Source: Takakia lepidozioides (Eukaryota > Plantae > Bryophyta). Taken from it: 64,000 nt of DNA. The DNA lies in contig CM060732.1 in NCBI GenBank assembly GCA_030704615.1, positions 12,896,001 through 12,960,000 of the forward strand. The letters run 5' to 3'. Positions 49,907 through 63,760 of the stretch are shown here, piece by piece. Position 1 is the first letter of the stretch. The number at the start of each line of letters is the position of its first letter. The notes under the pieces were generated by a model. That model had not been told where the DNA came from, ran no database searches, and saw nothing but the letters and a program-made list of their open reading frames with translations. The translations under genes and the position numbers were made by a program.

Positions 49907-52250
49907 TCATTCTACCTCAAAAAGGTTTGCCTCTGCAATCAAGTCCTCATTCTCATCTAAGAGAACTTCTTCCCTATCCAAAAACCCTTTCATGGAAGTA
50001 CTAAAGCAACCAACTCTAGCATCATTTGGCCAATTCTTGACTACATTCACAAGCATATCAAGGTTTTCAATATTTAACCTGCACCGTCTCAAGCTTGTTA
50101 TGACACCTGCAATACTAAAAACTCTCTCAGCTTCAATCTGAGATCCAACTATGCCCAAGATTAGTCGTGCCAAAAATCCCACGTACGGAAAGAGAGACTC
50201 GTGTTCTTTCCACCATTTCAAAGGAGCCACACACTCACCCTCAATTATCTTCGTCCTTATGAAATGTGATAGTTGTTCTCTCACTACTGTCAATGTCATG
50301 TCTTCATTGTGGTCATGCACACCAAATAAGGACATCTCGTCCATTGTGGAAGTGGGCTGTGATTGGGCCGGAATATCCGGATGTAAGACCTTGAAACACT
50401 TTACCAAAAGAGGCTCTAACACCATGCTATCATATTGGGACACAATATGCAAAGCATGCTCTTTGCCCACATATTGTGATACCAATGACAACCCCTTGTA
50501 ACGTGGGTCAAGCATAAGCGCGAGCATATTGTGAGCTTTGCGTGATTGAAACCCTTCCAAAAAAGAAAGAAATGGTTCCAAGACATATACCACCTCTCGA
50601 GCCATCCGCCATTCCAACAATGTCAACTCTGTTGAGAAATCCCCCATGCAATGATCCACAGTTGCAGCCCTGGGAGCACTACTTCCTCGCATGCGAATTG
50701 TTGTGGCAATGGCTGCATTAAGAGCATCGGACAATAGCCAAAATCCCCCAGATTGATTCATAATGCATTCATGAACCACAGGCCCTAGAACTGTAGAAAT
50801 TGATTCGGTAATGGCCCACACTTGTGGACTTGGTATGCAAGATTGCAGTGCCATTGAGGTTTGCCTAGAGTAACAAGTGATCATGGCTTGCCTAAACTCC
50901 AAAGTCTCTTGGAAGATGATCACCTTGGAAGCAAACCGTGTCTTCACCGGAGTCTTCAATTTGTGGGGATGAATGCCGCTGTCCACACATGCCTTTACCC
51001 ATTCTTGTCTCCCTTTGCCATTTTTTTTTGTCCAAGTAATGGTTTTTTGCAACTCTGATTGGGCATTTTTTTTATAGAAACCGATCTCATATCTGCGCAT
51101 ACTTTTGCATTATTTGTTGTATATTGGCAACACTTGGACATTGCATGCCCAAAACAGCTACCCACAAATGGAGAATCCAACCCCAAACACGCACATGAGA
51201 CCACCGAATTCAAAGCATTGGTCAAAGTGGCCAAGTTACCTCCCTCATCTTTGATGTAAGCAATAATGCGAGTATTGAGGCCATACTTCACAAGAAGATT
51301 GTTGACTTGATGTGCCATGGCAGCCCTAGATGTGTCAGATGTCTCAAACATGCCAAGAGTCACATGACATTGCTCCCACTGTTCATTAATAAAATGCGCT
51401 ATGATGACAAAAGTGTCAGTTCCCCCTCTTGACATCCACAAATCAAAACTCACAGAGCAAGCAGCACAACTCTGGGCATGTAGCGCTCTTTCGTCTTTTC
51501 TGCCAAGATTGGAATGGCCTCATTCACAAATGTCCGTCGAGAAGGGAAAACAATCCGAGGATTTTGCCTCAACATCATCCTTCTTAGCCAAGGGGATTCT
51601 ACCAAAGACAGTGGAACCAATTCCTTTGCAATGAACAAGACTAAATCCTCATTGAACTGCTTATATTGATCATCATTTTGGTTGTATGGAGTGGAGCTCC
51701 CAAAAAAAGAAGCTATGTTTCCAGGAGTGGGGCCGGGCCTCTTTTTTGCTGGCCTATGGGCATTATCAGGTCCTTCATTTTCCCTCTCAATCCACCTACG
51801 CAAAATAATGTCATGTTCTTGATCCACATGCTTTCGAAGGGCAGAGATACCATTGGTTTTATTATAGGTCACAATGCCCTTCTTGCTTGCAGGAGTGACA
51901 CCAACATGATGACATAGAACACACCTCATTTGTTGTGGATTTGTTATGTCCACTGGAGCAGAGTCTTTTGTTACATAGAATGCCCATGTCGAAGCAGTGC
52001 GATTGTGGGGCTTCCAAAAATCCCGTTGTTTTTCAAGTACTGGGAGCTGCGCCTCCACATCCAACACCGAGTGTGATGGCGAAACTGTGGAAGATGACAT
52101 TGCAGCCGAGGCTTGAGGAGCTGATGTAAATGAGGCTGCATGATGAGCATCCTCCGCAACATGGCACTCCACCAAAGCTCTCTCATTATCAACATTGATG
52201 TCAGGAACAACTTCCCTTTCTAGTTCATCGAAAATATTGGGCTCCATGAC
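49907..52250 (-). pseudogene. hAT transposase with BED zinc finger, frameshifted
   Basis: MRCVLC..LRKHVDQEH, SFDLWMS, CFGHAMSKC, TPVKTRF, LMLDPRYK, LKWWKEHE..SQIEAERVFSIAG..RRCRL in three overlapping ORFs. Confidence 0.9.
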
Positions 52251-52689
52251 ATAAAAAGCTTGTGGAACAACTCCTGTGTAAAAACAATGCAAACAAAGAA
52301 TCCAAAAGGCATTTAATAATTGTGCACAACTCATATATTTACAAAAGTTTGGAATGGTATATGGCTGGCCAAAACGAAAGTGTGGGGAGAGACACCGCAC
52401 TGCTCAATTTATTATTTCATATTGAGCTAAATGTTACATACATGGCCTACATTTAGATCTACGTTATTTTTTTAATCTAGTACATGTACATTTACATTTT
52501 CAAATTACAAAAACTACCTAGCAAGTTGGGGGTGGACCAGTCTTATGCTTCAGTGGTCAGCTTGGCTACTTCATGCCTTGGGAAATGATCTGCAATGCCC
52601 CCACCATCAATAAATCAGTCCTTGTTGTACCACAACATGAAGAGTTATAACTAAAAATTATGAAACTTTAAAGTGGGGTGATTGTCCAC

Positions 52690-53680
52690 AAGAGGTAGGG
52701 GCTGGCTGTCAAGCCTTCTTGATTTTTGTGCTCCCCTTTCCGAGTTCAAACTTTCACTATGAGAGGAGGAGCAAATCATCCCTCTGTTGTACCACACATT
52801 GGAAAAAATAAAATAAAAAACTAAGCTATTAAAGGGTGGGGGCTTACCATAGGATGAGGGGGCTGGTTAGCGGGCTCTCAACTCGCACTCCTCCTTCTTG
52901 TGTGTGATCTACATAGCAACAGAGTAGGGGGCTGATCAGCCCCTTGCTATGCCAATTTTCTGGGGAAAAAAAAATATGCAACATTGAATTAGGGGCATGC
53001 TTACATGTGTGGTGGAACGGGGGCTGGTTGGCAGGCCTCCCTACTTGCCCTCTTTCCCTCCCATGCACGATCTACAATAGCAAAAGAGCAAGGGGCTAAT
53101 CAGGTCCTCTTTTATCACAAACTTAAAATAATTAAGAAAATAAAGGACAATGAAGGGGAAGTACACGCGGGTAATGGGGGCTGGTTGGTGGGTCAAGAGG
53201 CCTCCTATTTCTGCTCCCTTCCCGAGTGCAACATATCACTATGAGGAAGGGCGAATCAGCCTTTTGTAGTACCACACATTGGAAAGAATAACATTAAAAA
53301 ACTAAGCTAAAGGGTGGGGGCTTACTACAAGATGAGAGGGGCTGGTTGACGTGCTTTTTTACTTGCACTGGACCTCCTTCTTGTGTGTGATCTGCATTAG
53401 CAACGGCTAATCAGCCCTTGCTATACCAATTTTATGGGGAAAAAAAATGAAGGGGGATGCTTACATGTGCGGTGCAAGAGGGGCTGGTTGGCCAGCCTTC
53501 CTACTTGCCCTCCTTTCCCTCCCATGCACGATCAGCCGTAGCACAAGAGCAATGGGCTAATCAGCCCCTCTTTTAACAAAAATTTAAACAACTAAAAAAA
53601 TAAACTTCAATAAAAGGGAGTTACAAGCGGGTAATGGGGGCTGGTTGGCAGGTCCCTCCCTGCTTTGGGCTCCCTCCCTC
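52690..53680. repeat. ~490-bp internal tandem duplication rich in GGGGCTGGTTGG motifs
   Basis: 52730-53200 is repeated at 53215-53660 (e.g. GTACCACACATTGGAAA, GCTTACATGTG, CCCTCCCATGCACGATC). Confidence 0.75.
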
Positions 53681-55340
53681 TCATGCAGAATCTGCCATAA
53701 CAGAAGCCAAAGGGGCTATCTTATCAACCCCCAATTGTATCAAGAATTAAAAAATTTTAAAGAAAGGGAAGATACTTACCAGTGGGTAATGTGGGCTGGT
53801 TGGTGGGGCCCTCTTTGCTTGCTGCTGTGGCAGGTGGTGGACACAAAGGGAGGGAGTGTGAGCAGGAGGGCCCCACCAACCAGCCGTCGCTTGTTGTTGG
53901 TGAGCATCCACCATGTTCTTGTTTTTTTAATTTTTTGGTTCAGCGGAGCTAATGGGCCCCATGCTCTTGTATTGTGGTAAGTGGCGCATTGGAGGGAGGA
54001 AGTGCCAGGAGGGCCCGCGCAACCAGCCCCGTCGTCAACCAGCCCCTTGTTGGTAAGCATCCACCACTTTTGGTTATTTTACTGTTTTTAGCTTTAGTTA
54101 TGGCATGTGGTGCAGGAGGTAGGGAGGACGAGTAAGGAGGCCCCACCTGCAACCAGCCCCCTTGGTCCATGGTAATCATTGATCATCATTTTTATTTATT
54201 TATTTATTTATTTATTTATTTTTTTCCTGTTTTCTTTGATGATATACCAAAGGGCTGATAGCCCCTTGCTCCACTATGGTAGATTTTACATTGGAGGGAG
54301 ATCAGCCCCCTCTTGTGCGATAAAGTGAGAAGAAAAGAAACAAACAACACATTAAATCAATCAGCCTAAGTGGGAAAGAGAATGGAGATGGAGATGAAAT
54401 GAGAGCGAGAAAGAAATCAAACAAATAAAGTAGGAGATGGAGACACGGAACACGAACCTTACCTGGACTGGAGTAGCGAGCAAATGCGAGAGAGAGCGAG
54501 CTGGATGAGTTGTAGAGACATTTATGGCTACAGCCCACGGGTGGAACCGGAACCGGAACCGCTTTAGAGTCCCCAAACCCCAGTTCCCACACATGTGGTC
54601 GTAGCTGGAACCGCCGGTTCCGGTTCCCACACAATCCCCAATTTCCGGTTTCGGTTTCGGTTCCGGTTCTGCACAGGCGGGTCCGGTTCCGGTCCGGTTC
54701 CACATAACCGGAACCGGAACCGGCGGTTATCCGGGGCCTAGGCAGGGCCTAGGCGGGTAACCGCCCAACACTGGTATTTTCCGACTTTTGTTTGAATGTG
54801 CGGAATTGTCAAGGTGTGTGAAGCACAATAATTTGTAATTGTTGCTCTACCCGAATATGACCTTCTGTTTTCAACCAACATGCGGTCAATTATTTAACCA
54901 TGGTCATGAGTAGATAAACCACAAAAATTATACATATTATGTGGAAAGAAGGTAAATTGAATAGCAAAAGAATATACATAAAACTTGAAGTGAACTAATT
55001 TGGACCAAACGACATACAAACCTAAATATTTTAGATATCTTAATAGTTAAGCTTACCTTAAATCAAATAGTAAGATAGAAACACTGTAATACTTTGGTCT
55101 GGAAACGCCTAAAAAGAAACACCTTTGGTTGCCCAATATGAGCATAAGCATATTGTTGTGAGAAAAGAACCAATTATACCCAAGCTCACATTTTAAAAAA
55201 CAATTAAATTCATAGGAACTATTTACGTACATTATTGATGAAGCGGTAAAGATAAAATTTATAATTTAAACATACAACACATAATGTTAGCTAAAAATTT
55301 ACAAATACTTTTAAGATATTTATTATATATATATAATTTG

Positions 55341-57520
55341 TCTATCAATATATGAATCGAGACGTTTGTTTTGTTTTGTTTTGTTTTGTAGCGTCGTTGA
55401 GATCTCCCAAACCGCGGGGCCCAGGTGCCGTTGGAAAGCCCTTGATGAGGGGTCGTTGAGATCTCCCAAACCGCGGGGCCCAGGTGCCGTTGGAAAGCCC
55501 TTGATGAGGGGTGCACCGGCTTGGTCTCATGATTTTTGGACAAGCGGTGAGGGAGATGTGGAATTCCAAGTACTTTTGGTCGCTGGAAATTCACAAAAAG
55601 TAGCAAAAATGGCAGTGTGGGCATTCTTGGACAATGGTTGGAGCCTCGACGGGAGGGATATCAAGGGAAAGGTCTCCGGTTCAAATCTGGTCGTAGGCTC
55701 TGTGGGAAAAAACTTACTTAGATGACATTGGACACTTGGGCCAACGACAAAGGCTACCTAGGTAGAGGTTACATTTGGGCCTCGACATAGGAGACGCACT
55801 TTGATACATAGGGGATTGCACTTGGACTTAGATGACCCTGGACACTTGGGTCAACGGCACAGGCTACCCTAGGCCTAGATCTCCCAAACAGGAGCCTCTG
55901 TGGAATTGCACTTGGACTTAGATGTCACTAGACACTGGAGGTCGCACTTGGGCCTCTACATGGGAGAAGCATTTGGACACATAGGAGATTACACTTGGGC
56001 TCATATGGGCCTTACCATAGGAGACACACTTGGATACATAGGAAATTGCACTTGGTCTTAGATTTCAATTCTTCACACATGGGCCTCGACACAGGAGACT
56101 CACTTGGATACATAGGGGATTACACTTAAATGACCTTGGACACTTGGGCCAACGGCACAGGCTACCCTAGTCAATCTATGAAGCGAGACGTTTGTTTTGT
56201 TTTGTAGCGTCGTTGAGATCTCCCAAACCGCGGGGCTCCAGCGCGGGTGCTTGGTGCCGTTGGAAAGCCCTCGACGAGGAGGGGTGCACCGGCTTGATCT
56301 CATGATTTTTGGATAAGCAGTGAGGGAGATGCGGAATTCCAAGTGCTTTTGGTCGCTGGAAATTTACAAAAAATAGTAAAAATGGCAAAGTGGGCATTCG
56401 TGGGACAATGGTTGGAGCCTCGACGGGAGAGATATCAAGGGAAAGGTCTCCGGTTCAAATCTGGTCGTAGGCTCTGTGGAAAAAAACTTACTTAGATGAC
56501 ATTGGACACTTGGGCTTTCTTGGAGCAGTGATTGGCCCTTCAAGTGGCAGATTTGGAATTTCAAGTCCTTTTGGTCGTTGGAAATTCGTGAAAAATAGCA
56601 AAGTGGATATATCAATATATGAAGCCTCGACATGGGAGATTGCAAAAATAGCAAAGTGGGCAATGACATAGAGATTTCCCAAACTATAGGTCTTTTGATA
56701 CATTGGGGATTGCAGTGGACAGTGGAGGTCACACTTGGGCCTCTACATGAATAGATACATGAATAGAAGATTGCACTTGGGCTTACATTTCAATTTTTCA
56801 CACATGGGCCAACGACATAGGCTACACTAGAGGTCGCACTTGGGCCTCAACATAAGAGACGCACTGGGATATATAAGAAATTGCACTTGGTCTTAAATGA
56901 CAGTGGACACTTGGGCATCTACATGGGAGATGCACTTGGATACATAAAAAGATTGCACTTGGGCTTAGATGGGCCTTGACATATGAGACACACATGGGAG
57001 ATGTCATTGGATACATAAGAGATTGCACTTGGGCTTAAATGACAGTGGACACTTGGGCCTCTACACGGGAGATGCACTTGGATACATAAAAGATTGCACT
57101 TGGGCTTAGATGGGCCTTGGTATAGGAGACGCACTAGGATACATAGGAAATTGCATTTGGTCTTAGATTTCAATTATTCACACATGGGCCAACGGCACAA
57201 GCTACCGTAGAGGTCGACTTGGGCCTCAACATAGGAGACGCACTAGGATACATATGAGATCTTGCATTTGGGCTTAGATGACACTGGGCATTTGGGCCAA
57301 CGGCACAAGCTACCCTAGAGGTCGCATTTGAGCCTCGACATAAGAGACACACTTGGATATATATGGGATAGCACTTGGAGATATCAAGGGAAAGGTCTCC
57401 GGTTCAAATTTGGTCGTAGGCTCTGTGGAAAAAAAAGATTGGATATGGCTTGCTTCATATATTGATGCACTTGGACTTCGATGACAGTGGACATTTGGGC
57501 CAACGGCATAGGCTACCCTA
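55341..57520 (+). mobile_element. Helitron-like tandem array, same family as 4903-6187
   Basis: 5' end TCTATCAATATATGAA, many hairpin-CTAG 3'-end copies, and a head-to-tail CTAG|TC junction at 56167-56172. Confidence 0.7.
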
Positions 57521-59039
57521 ATATCTTATTAATCCATCTATTTTTATGTAATCTGAATAGATAATAATAATTTTAACATCATATCATTCAATAGATTCAA
57601 AGACATGTATCAAATATCATTAGTCATTTCATGTATCAATTTTAAAAATCATTTGATGATGAGAAATCACAGGTAAATTCATTTGTTGGTGAAATTCATT
57701 TCCACAAATTGAATCTACTTTTCGGGATGGATATCTTATGCAAATAAGTAGTATTGTGCTCATTTGATTTTTTTTAAAAAAAATTCTAGTGTGAGCACAT
57801 TATTATTTCACTACAACGTATTATTTGCATGTTCTTAAAATATGTGGACTATCATATTTTTGCTAACTTACTCCATGCTCATATGCCGCATTATAAACAT
57901 GCACAAACACTACCAACCTTGGATGTGTCCACCTTCTAAAACGGAAGACATGAGTTTTAGAGATAACGTGATCCCATAGATTACACTTGAGTGGCCGATT
58001 ACCAAACATGTAGGACATGCACGCTAAATCAGTTAAGAAGGCAAGAAAAAGCAAAGTCGGTCTGCAAAACCATTAACGTGTTGGAATGGTGATGGACTCA
58101 CCCAGACTTCACTAACAGCCACACCGCATGTAAGGACCACTGCTTCGTCCATTCTAGGGTTGTTTAGCCCCATTTAAAAAAAAACATGGGCTTGCGGTTG
58201 ATGATCACATAACTGCTAAAATTAAAAAAATTAAAAAAAAAATGTGAAGCCACAAAGGCATAATTATAAAGGCTTCATAGTTCCTAGTTTTTGTTGAGGT
58301 TAGGCTCATGCGAATAAAATATATTCAAAATATTCTTAGAATATATCATGGTAAAAACAAAATATACTCATGTCAAAATACTTGCGAAACTATTCCATAC
58401 ATATGCTCATGTGAGCACAAACCATCTATTTTTCCAAAAGTTGTAGGGTCTGGAGGTAAAAAGAGACATTTTTAAGATAAGGAATTGGTCATGTCCAGCC
58501 GTATGGTCCCCTATTGTGACTGAACATCTTTGTTTTCTGACCTCACTATATCGAACGCTGAAGTTGCGCCCCGAGTTTTGAATCTTCTTTTGTTGGGGCG
58601 GTTTTGTGCTATGTGATTAGATTCTCTACAATATATACACAATTCATTTGAACACAGTTTTTATTTTTCTTGTTGCGTCACTGGCTTCAATCGAGTAGCA
58701 TCAATTTGCATATGATCATTGTCATACGTATGGCTAGTCGGCACATTTGGTGTCGCAGTAGTAGCAACATGATGTATCGTAGACCATCCATATCACTTCT
58801 CTTGATGCCTCCCAAACAAACCATTATCGCATACAATGACTTGAGTGATGAATTCGTTCGATGTTATGACATTTGGCATTGTCAGTAATAGATCATTTAT
58901 ATCCTCTTTTAGCCCAAATCGAAACTGACTAATGAGGTTTTTTTCATTCTAGTCGAGGTCGCAAGTTGGCGACATTTGGCAAAGTAGACAGAAGCAGGAC
59001 GAGCTCTTTGATGTAGGTTTTGCATCTTTGTCTCCGCAA

Positions 59040-59525
59040 TTATTTCCCTATCGTTCTATCCGAACGTTGCAGTGAACTCGGACATACATGAATGTTAAAA
59101 AATTATTTAGTAAATGCGAATTTTTTCTAATAGAGGTGCGAACTGATATAGAAGCAGTGCCTACGAATTAAACTTGGATACCTTCATTGGGGTAATGTTG
59201 TGGATGTAGTTGGAGGAACAATTATACTTGTTGAACAAACCCGAGAAATTTGATCGGAAATTTGATCTTGTCCCATCAAATTTCTCGGGCATGCTGACAT
59301 TTTGATTATCTCGTAATCTGTTGAGTATGAACTTGTATGGGTGAAAATCCATTGTTTGACTCATTTAACTCTAAAATTTGTTGTTGCAAATTGTTGAGAG
59401 CGTTGTCAAGATCTTGAGATTGATTGGCTTGTAGTTGGGTAGTAGAGCTGAAGTTCTTGCATTTGGAGCTGATGACTCTGCAAGGTGGCGACAACTTCCG
59501 CGAATACACCTTTCATCTTGACTAA
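59040..59525 (-). pseudogene. Ty3/gypsy gag fragment homologous to 37960-38460
   Basis: LQANQSQDLDNALNNLQQQI..SMPEKFDGTRSNFR, frameshifted. Confidence 0.8.
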
Positions 59526-59527
59526 TT

Positions 59528-61320
59528 AGGGGACTGGCATCTGCAGTGCACGTTTTCTCTGCAGCTGCCCATCCCACACACGGTTTATTATTATTATAAA
59601 AATTAATTAATTAAATTTAAACCTGCACTGCAGATGCCCTAAAAACAGTGTGCAGTGCACGTTTTCTCTGTAGCTGCCTATCCCACACACGTTTTGTTTT
59701 TTTATTTTTATTTTTATTTTTAAATAAATTTTCCGTTCCCACGTAGATGTCTTGAAAACAGCTCGGTTTAGGCCGATGTCACGTTACGTCAGTAGGTAAA
59801 GACATGGGTAAAACATTGTCACGTCCTTAGAAAGCATGGCACAATTGCCGGCGAGCCCAAAGAGGTGGCAAGTGTGACGCTAAAGTGGCGGTCACCTCGG
59901 AGCTAGTGAGCTGGCGTCGGTCGCCTTGGAGCCGGGTGAGGTGGCGAGGCAAGCGCCCGCCTCAGTGGCGGTCGCCACTCTGCCGAACGTGGTGGCGATC
60001 TCGGCGACCGCCACCATGGCGGTCGCTTCGAGGCGCCTGAGGTGGCCATGTAGACGACCGCCATAGTGGCGGTCGCCTCCTGTGAGGTGGCGGCAGGGCA
60101 TCCTCAAGCGCCGGTCGCCTCCGGTGAGGTGGCGGTCAGGCGGCAAGGGGGCGCTCGGAGGGGCGGGCAGGACGACCGTCACGTGCAGGTCGCGGGCAGG
60201 ACGACTGCCAAGGGGCGACCGCCACGTGGGGTCGCCGGGAGGGAGAATAGGGCGACCGCCCCGTGCCGGTCGCCTGGCGGGCCGTGGCTGCAATACGAGC
60301 ATGTGGCAGGGTGGGTGGCTGGGCGACCGCCACGCGCTGTTGTCGGCGGGACCACCACGTGGCGCCGGGGCGGGATGGGCGACCGCTGTGTGGCGGGATG
60401 CGGGTGGGGGGTTGGGTCTGGAGGTATGGGCGAGGGGGAGGGTGGAGGGGTATAAAAGGGCAGGTCTCCTCCCCATTTTTTCACCTGGAAAATGGCCACT
60501 ACAGACTTGCATGGTGCTGGGGCATTGTTGAATCCATTTCTACTGGACAACAGCATGTTGAGAGATGATGTCGATGTGAAAGCGGGATTGATACGGACAC
60601 TCATGAAATTGGCCCCTCCAAATTAGGGGGAGAGAGCTATATCGGAGTATCAAGTTTCTCGGATCGTCGTGACCCTTTCCACAACCTACCGGATCCAAAA
60701 GAACTTAACATGCAGCCGCATGAATGGTGGGATTTGATTGGCGCCAGAGCAAGGACATTGGCCCCTATCGCAAAGCGCGTTCTTGCTAAAGTGTGCTCCG
60801 CGTCTTCATGTGAACGTAATTGGAATAATTATTCATTCGTGCATAGCAAGATTCGGAACAGGTTGCATCCGGATAGGGCCGAAAAATTGGTATATGTGTA
60901 TACCAATTCACGGCTATTACGAGCTCAAGCGGGAGATGATACTGCAGCATGGTACGAGAGGAATTTGCAATATGAAGACTCAGCTTCTGAGGCCTATACA
61001 GCAAGTGACGATGCCGGTAATTCTACTAGTTCGGATAGCTCCCAAGCGGGAGATGATGCAGAGGGCAATGATATAGAGGGCAATGAATATGATGCACATG
61101 GTTTCAACGAGGACGATGATACAGTGCTTTTGATGTTTGATGACTTACTTGCGGATGATGTGATGCATTATGTGGCTCATTTTGGAGTCACCCGCACTAC
61201 AATGCATGATACGGACCACCACCCGCATGTGCATTCTCTTCAGACATTGCCAAGCGTTGCAGTCAACTTCGGCCTTCACCCAAGCATGGATGAGGGACGG
61301 GGCTCAGGCAGTAAATGAGA
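59528..61320 (+). mobile_element. Deletion derivative related to the 12891-23740 hAT family
   Basis: GGCGACC/GGTCGCC repeat block (59880-60400) and TATAAAA at 60451, followed by only the C-terminal transposase region (QPHEWWDLIGARARTLAPIAKRVLAKVCSASSCERNW). Confidence 0.7.
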
Positions 61321-61509
61321 ATGAGACCAATGAAAATGTGGAAGTTCACATGGCGGCAACTGTTACCCTCCTGTCCACCACAACACCGCAAACAACAGAT
61401 GCGGTGCGACGCGGCGTTTGACATATGTTTTTATTTTTTTAGTTTTTTTTTAAATTTAATTTAATTTTTAAAATCAATTGCGCCTCGCCACGTGGCGCGG
61501 CAGCGGCGG

Positions 61510-61704
61510 GCTGCAGTATGGTATATATGACTGCAGTGAGAGATATCACTTCGTTCATCGGACTGTAATCATACGGACCGTACCATCATGTACTCATTGT
61601 GTTGACTTGGTTTGCACGACTTACAGTCATAGAAGTCATATGTACCGTTTATGACTGCAGAATAGTCATATATACAATCATAAATACCGCGATCTGTTGT
61701 AGTA
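61510..61704. mobile_element. CACTA-like terminus
   Basis: ATGACTGCAG/CAGTCATA subterminal repeats ending in CTGTTGTAGTA, one mismatch from the reverse complement of CACTACAACAG. Confidence 0.45.
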
Positions 61705-62400
61705 TGTAGCCCAGTTTGCTTTAGTATGAAATATGAAATTGGTTCGGAACTTGCATTTATATAATTATGAAACTATGAATGTATGCAAAGTGGAATGTAC
61801 ATGCACCATGATGTTCATATAAAATAATATCAATAATGCCAAATGATGCTGGGTCAATGACGAACAAGGTGGGATATACAACAACCGCGGTTGTCCAGCA
61901 GAGCAGACCGCGCAATATTCACATTTTGGCATGCAATGTATTGAGAACTATTCACTCTGAAATTGAGTATCCCTATGAAATATTCATGTATGCTGGTGGA
62001 CTTGATTAAAATTCCAAACCCGCAATTTGACAACAACGGTGGACTTGTTAATAAGTTATAACTTACTTATCGACAGTATGAAGTTCTACATTAAATCCCT
62101 ATCAGGTCAATCAAAATTATTGTGGTTAACAATTATTCAGCTCAACAAATATGACGTACAACCGTGGTCCATGCAAAGTTCAAATTGAAAATTCTAGAAT
62201 AATGAGAAAGAGTGCTTCAAATATAAAGGTCGTCCACAAGCATTGGGCGCCATAGTCAAATCACGAAAGACATGCCTCATGGGCAATGCTTCGAAATTCG
62301 GGCATGAAATCTATGTTGAAATTTTACAAACCTATTAGATGTTATAGGAATATTATCATCGACAAAAAGATCTATTCATAGTTGTAATATGTAAGCGAGG

Positions 62401-63300
62401 CTATTCCGATAAATCTATAGTTTCTTGTGTTTCACTCCCTGAAGTTGCAGATGACACCGCCGGACGTGGGGTTGATGACAACGCTGAGTGTGTAGAAGCG
62501 GCGTCCGGATGAATGGGCAAGCGAGCTCGGGTTTGGTATCGAGTGCGAGGTGGTGGCCCGAGCCTAACACGTTCCTCGTCCACCCTTGCCATCACGCGGA
62601 GTGACTCCGGGGAGTATTGATTGCCACTCTGCTGACTATCATTTTGGAGGCGACGAGGCGGCGAGTTAACATTGTTGGTGATAGTTTCAGCGGCCTCCAA
62701 GGTAGCTACAAGGTCCTGGACATTTGGGAGATCAATGGATTTCACACCCACTAACGCGCTTGCTAGACTCATTTGCCATGTTCTAACGACTTGCCTAATG
62801 GCCTTGGCATATCTGTTGATTTTCTTTTCATCCGCATCCTCATATGCGGGATTGCGACGCAGCCGCCGCTCTTTGCGTTCCGTCATGTCGTTCATTCGGA
62901 TCCATGATTTGGCAACACGCTCAAGGCTATGCAGCAGCGGATGCCGGCCAATCGGATTACCATTGTATGAGGAAAGGTTCACTCCGTTTGGTGGGTTCTC
63001 AGGCAACCGAAAAAACTTCTCGCTTCTTATTCCCCAATGTCCTCCAAGGTTTCGACAAACAACTTCCGTTGATCTGGATCTTCTATGCAACAAGCACGTT
63101 TGTGATTTCCCAATTAGATGTCATCCAAAACTCATTGATATCGAACGTTCAATCGGATATCATGCCATACATCCTCGTCTCGGCATTCCATGCCAACGTC
63201 TTCCCCCAGTGTTTGCCGTTCAGAAAATTGTGAGGTTCCTGGTCCAAAGAGAAATTATGTCAATTGAGCTCATACCCTATGGGCATCACATCCTCCCACT
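62401..63300 (-). pseudogene. Unknown ORF next to CACTA-type subterminal repeats
   Basis: 230-codon ORF with protein-like composition and no recognised domain. Broken upstream frame. Confidence 0.3.
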
Positions 63301-63319
63301 ACAGCAAATGGGGGGGGGG

Positions 63320-63760
63320 GGGGTTTGCGACGCCAGCTACGCCCCCACGCCCCGCGCGGCGCTGAGCCCGCAACGCCGAGCCCGCAACGTTTTTTTGCGA
63401 CGTCCCGGCGTCGCAATTCCCCGCTGCGACACCATTACGACGCCCAGCCGTCGTAAGGTGGCATGAAGTGGGGAAGCGGGCCCTCGCTGCGACCGATTTT
63501 TTTTCTTGCGACGCCTTGGCGTCGGAAATCCAAGATTTTTTTATTTTTTATTTTTTATTTTATTTAAATTTATTTAGACGTTGCGACGCCTCGGCGTCGC
63601 AACAGCATCACCACAGTGGGAATTTGTTTTTTTTTTTTTTTTTTGGGCTTTGCAGCCCTCAACTTCACAAAAGCGTCGCTGGGGGCGCCCCGCGCTGGGA
63701 CGCCCAACGTTGCAACGTCAGGGGGTCGCAACGGCGTTGCCACAGGGGGTCGCAATGGTG
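63320..63760. repeat. GCGACG/CGTCGC subterminal repeat block, same family as 28915-29358
   Basis: Shared TCACAAAAGCGTCGCTGGG and poly-T spacers. Confidence 0.7.

Larger units (their letters stand above)
49166..54773 (-). mobile_element. Complete 5608-bp hAT transposon
   Basis: Perfect 15-bp TIR CAGTGTTGGGCGGTT and perfect 8-bp TSD GTATTTTC (49158-49165, 54774-54781). GGTTCC/GGAACC subterminal repeats. Confidence 0.95.

Noticed and set aside
59892-60604. Overlapping GC-rich ORFs (also 28584-29432 and 63468-63951)
   Set aside because: Artefacts of GC-rich subterminal repeats that lack stop codons; no protein motifs.
57809-61704. Single CACTA element from CACTACAAC (57809) to GTTGTAGTA (61704)
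   Set aside because: No matching 3-bp TSD (TTT versus TGT) and no subterminal repeats at the left end.
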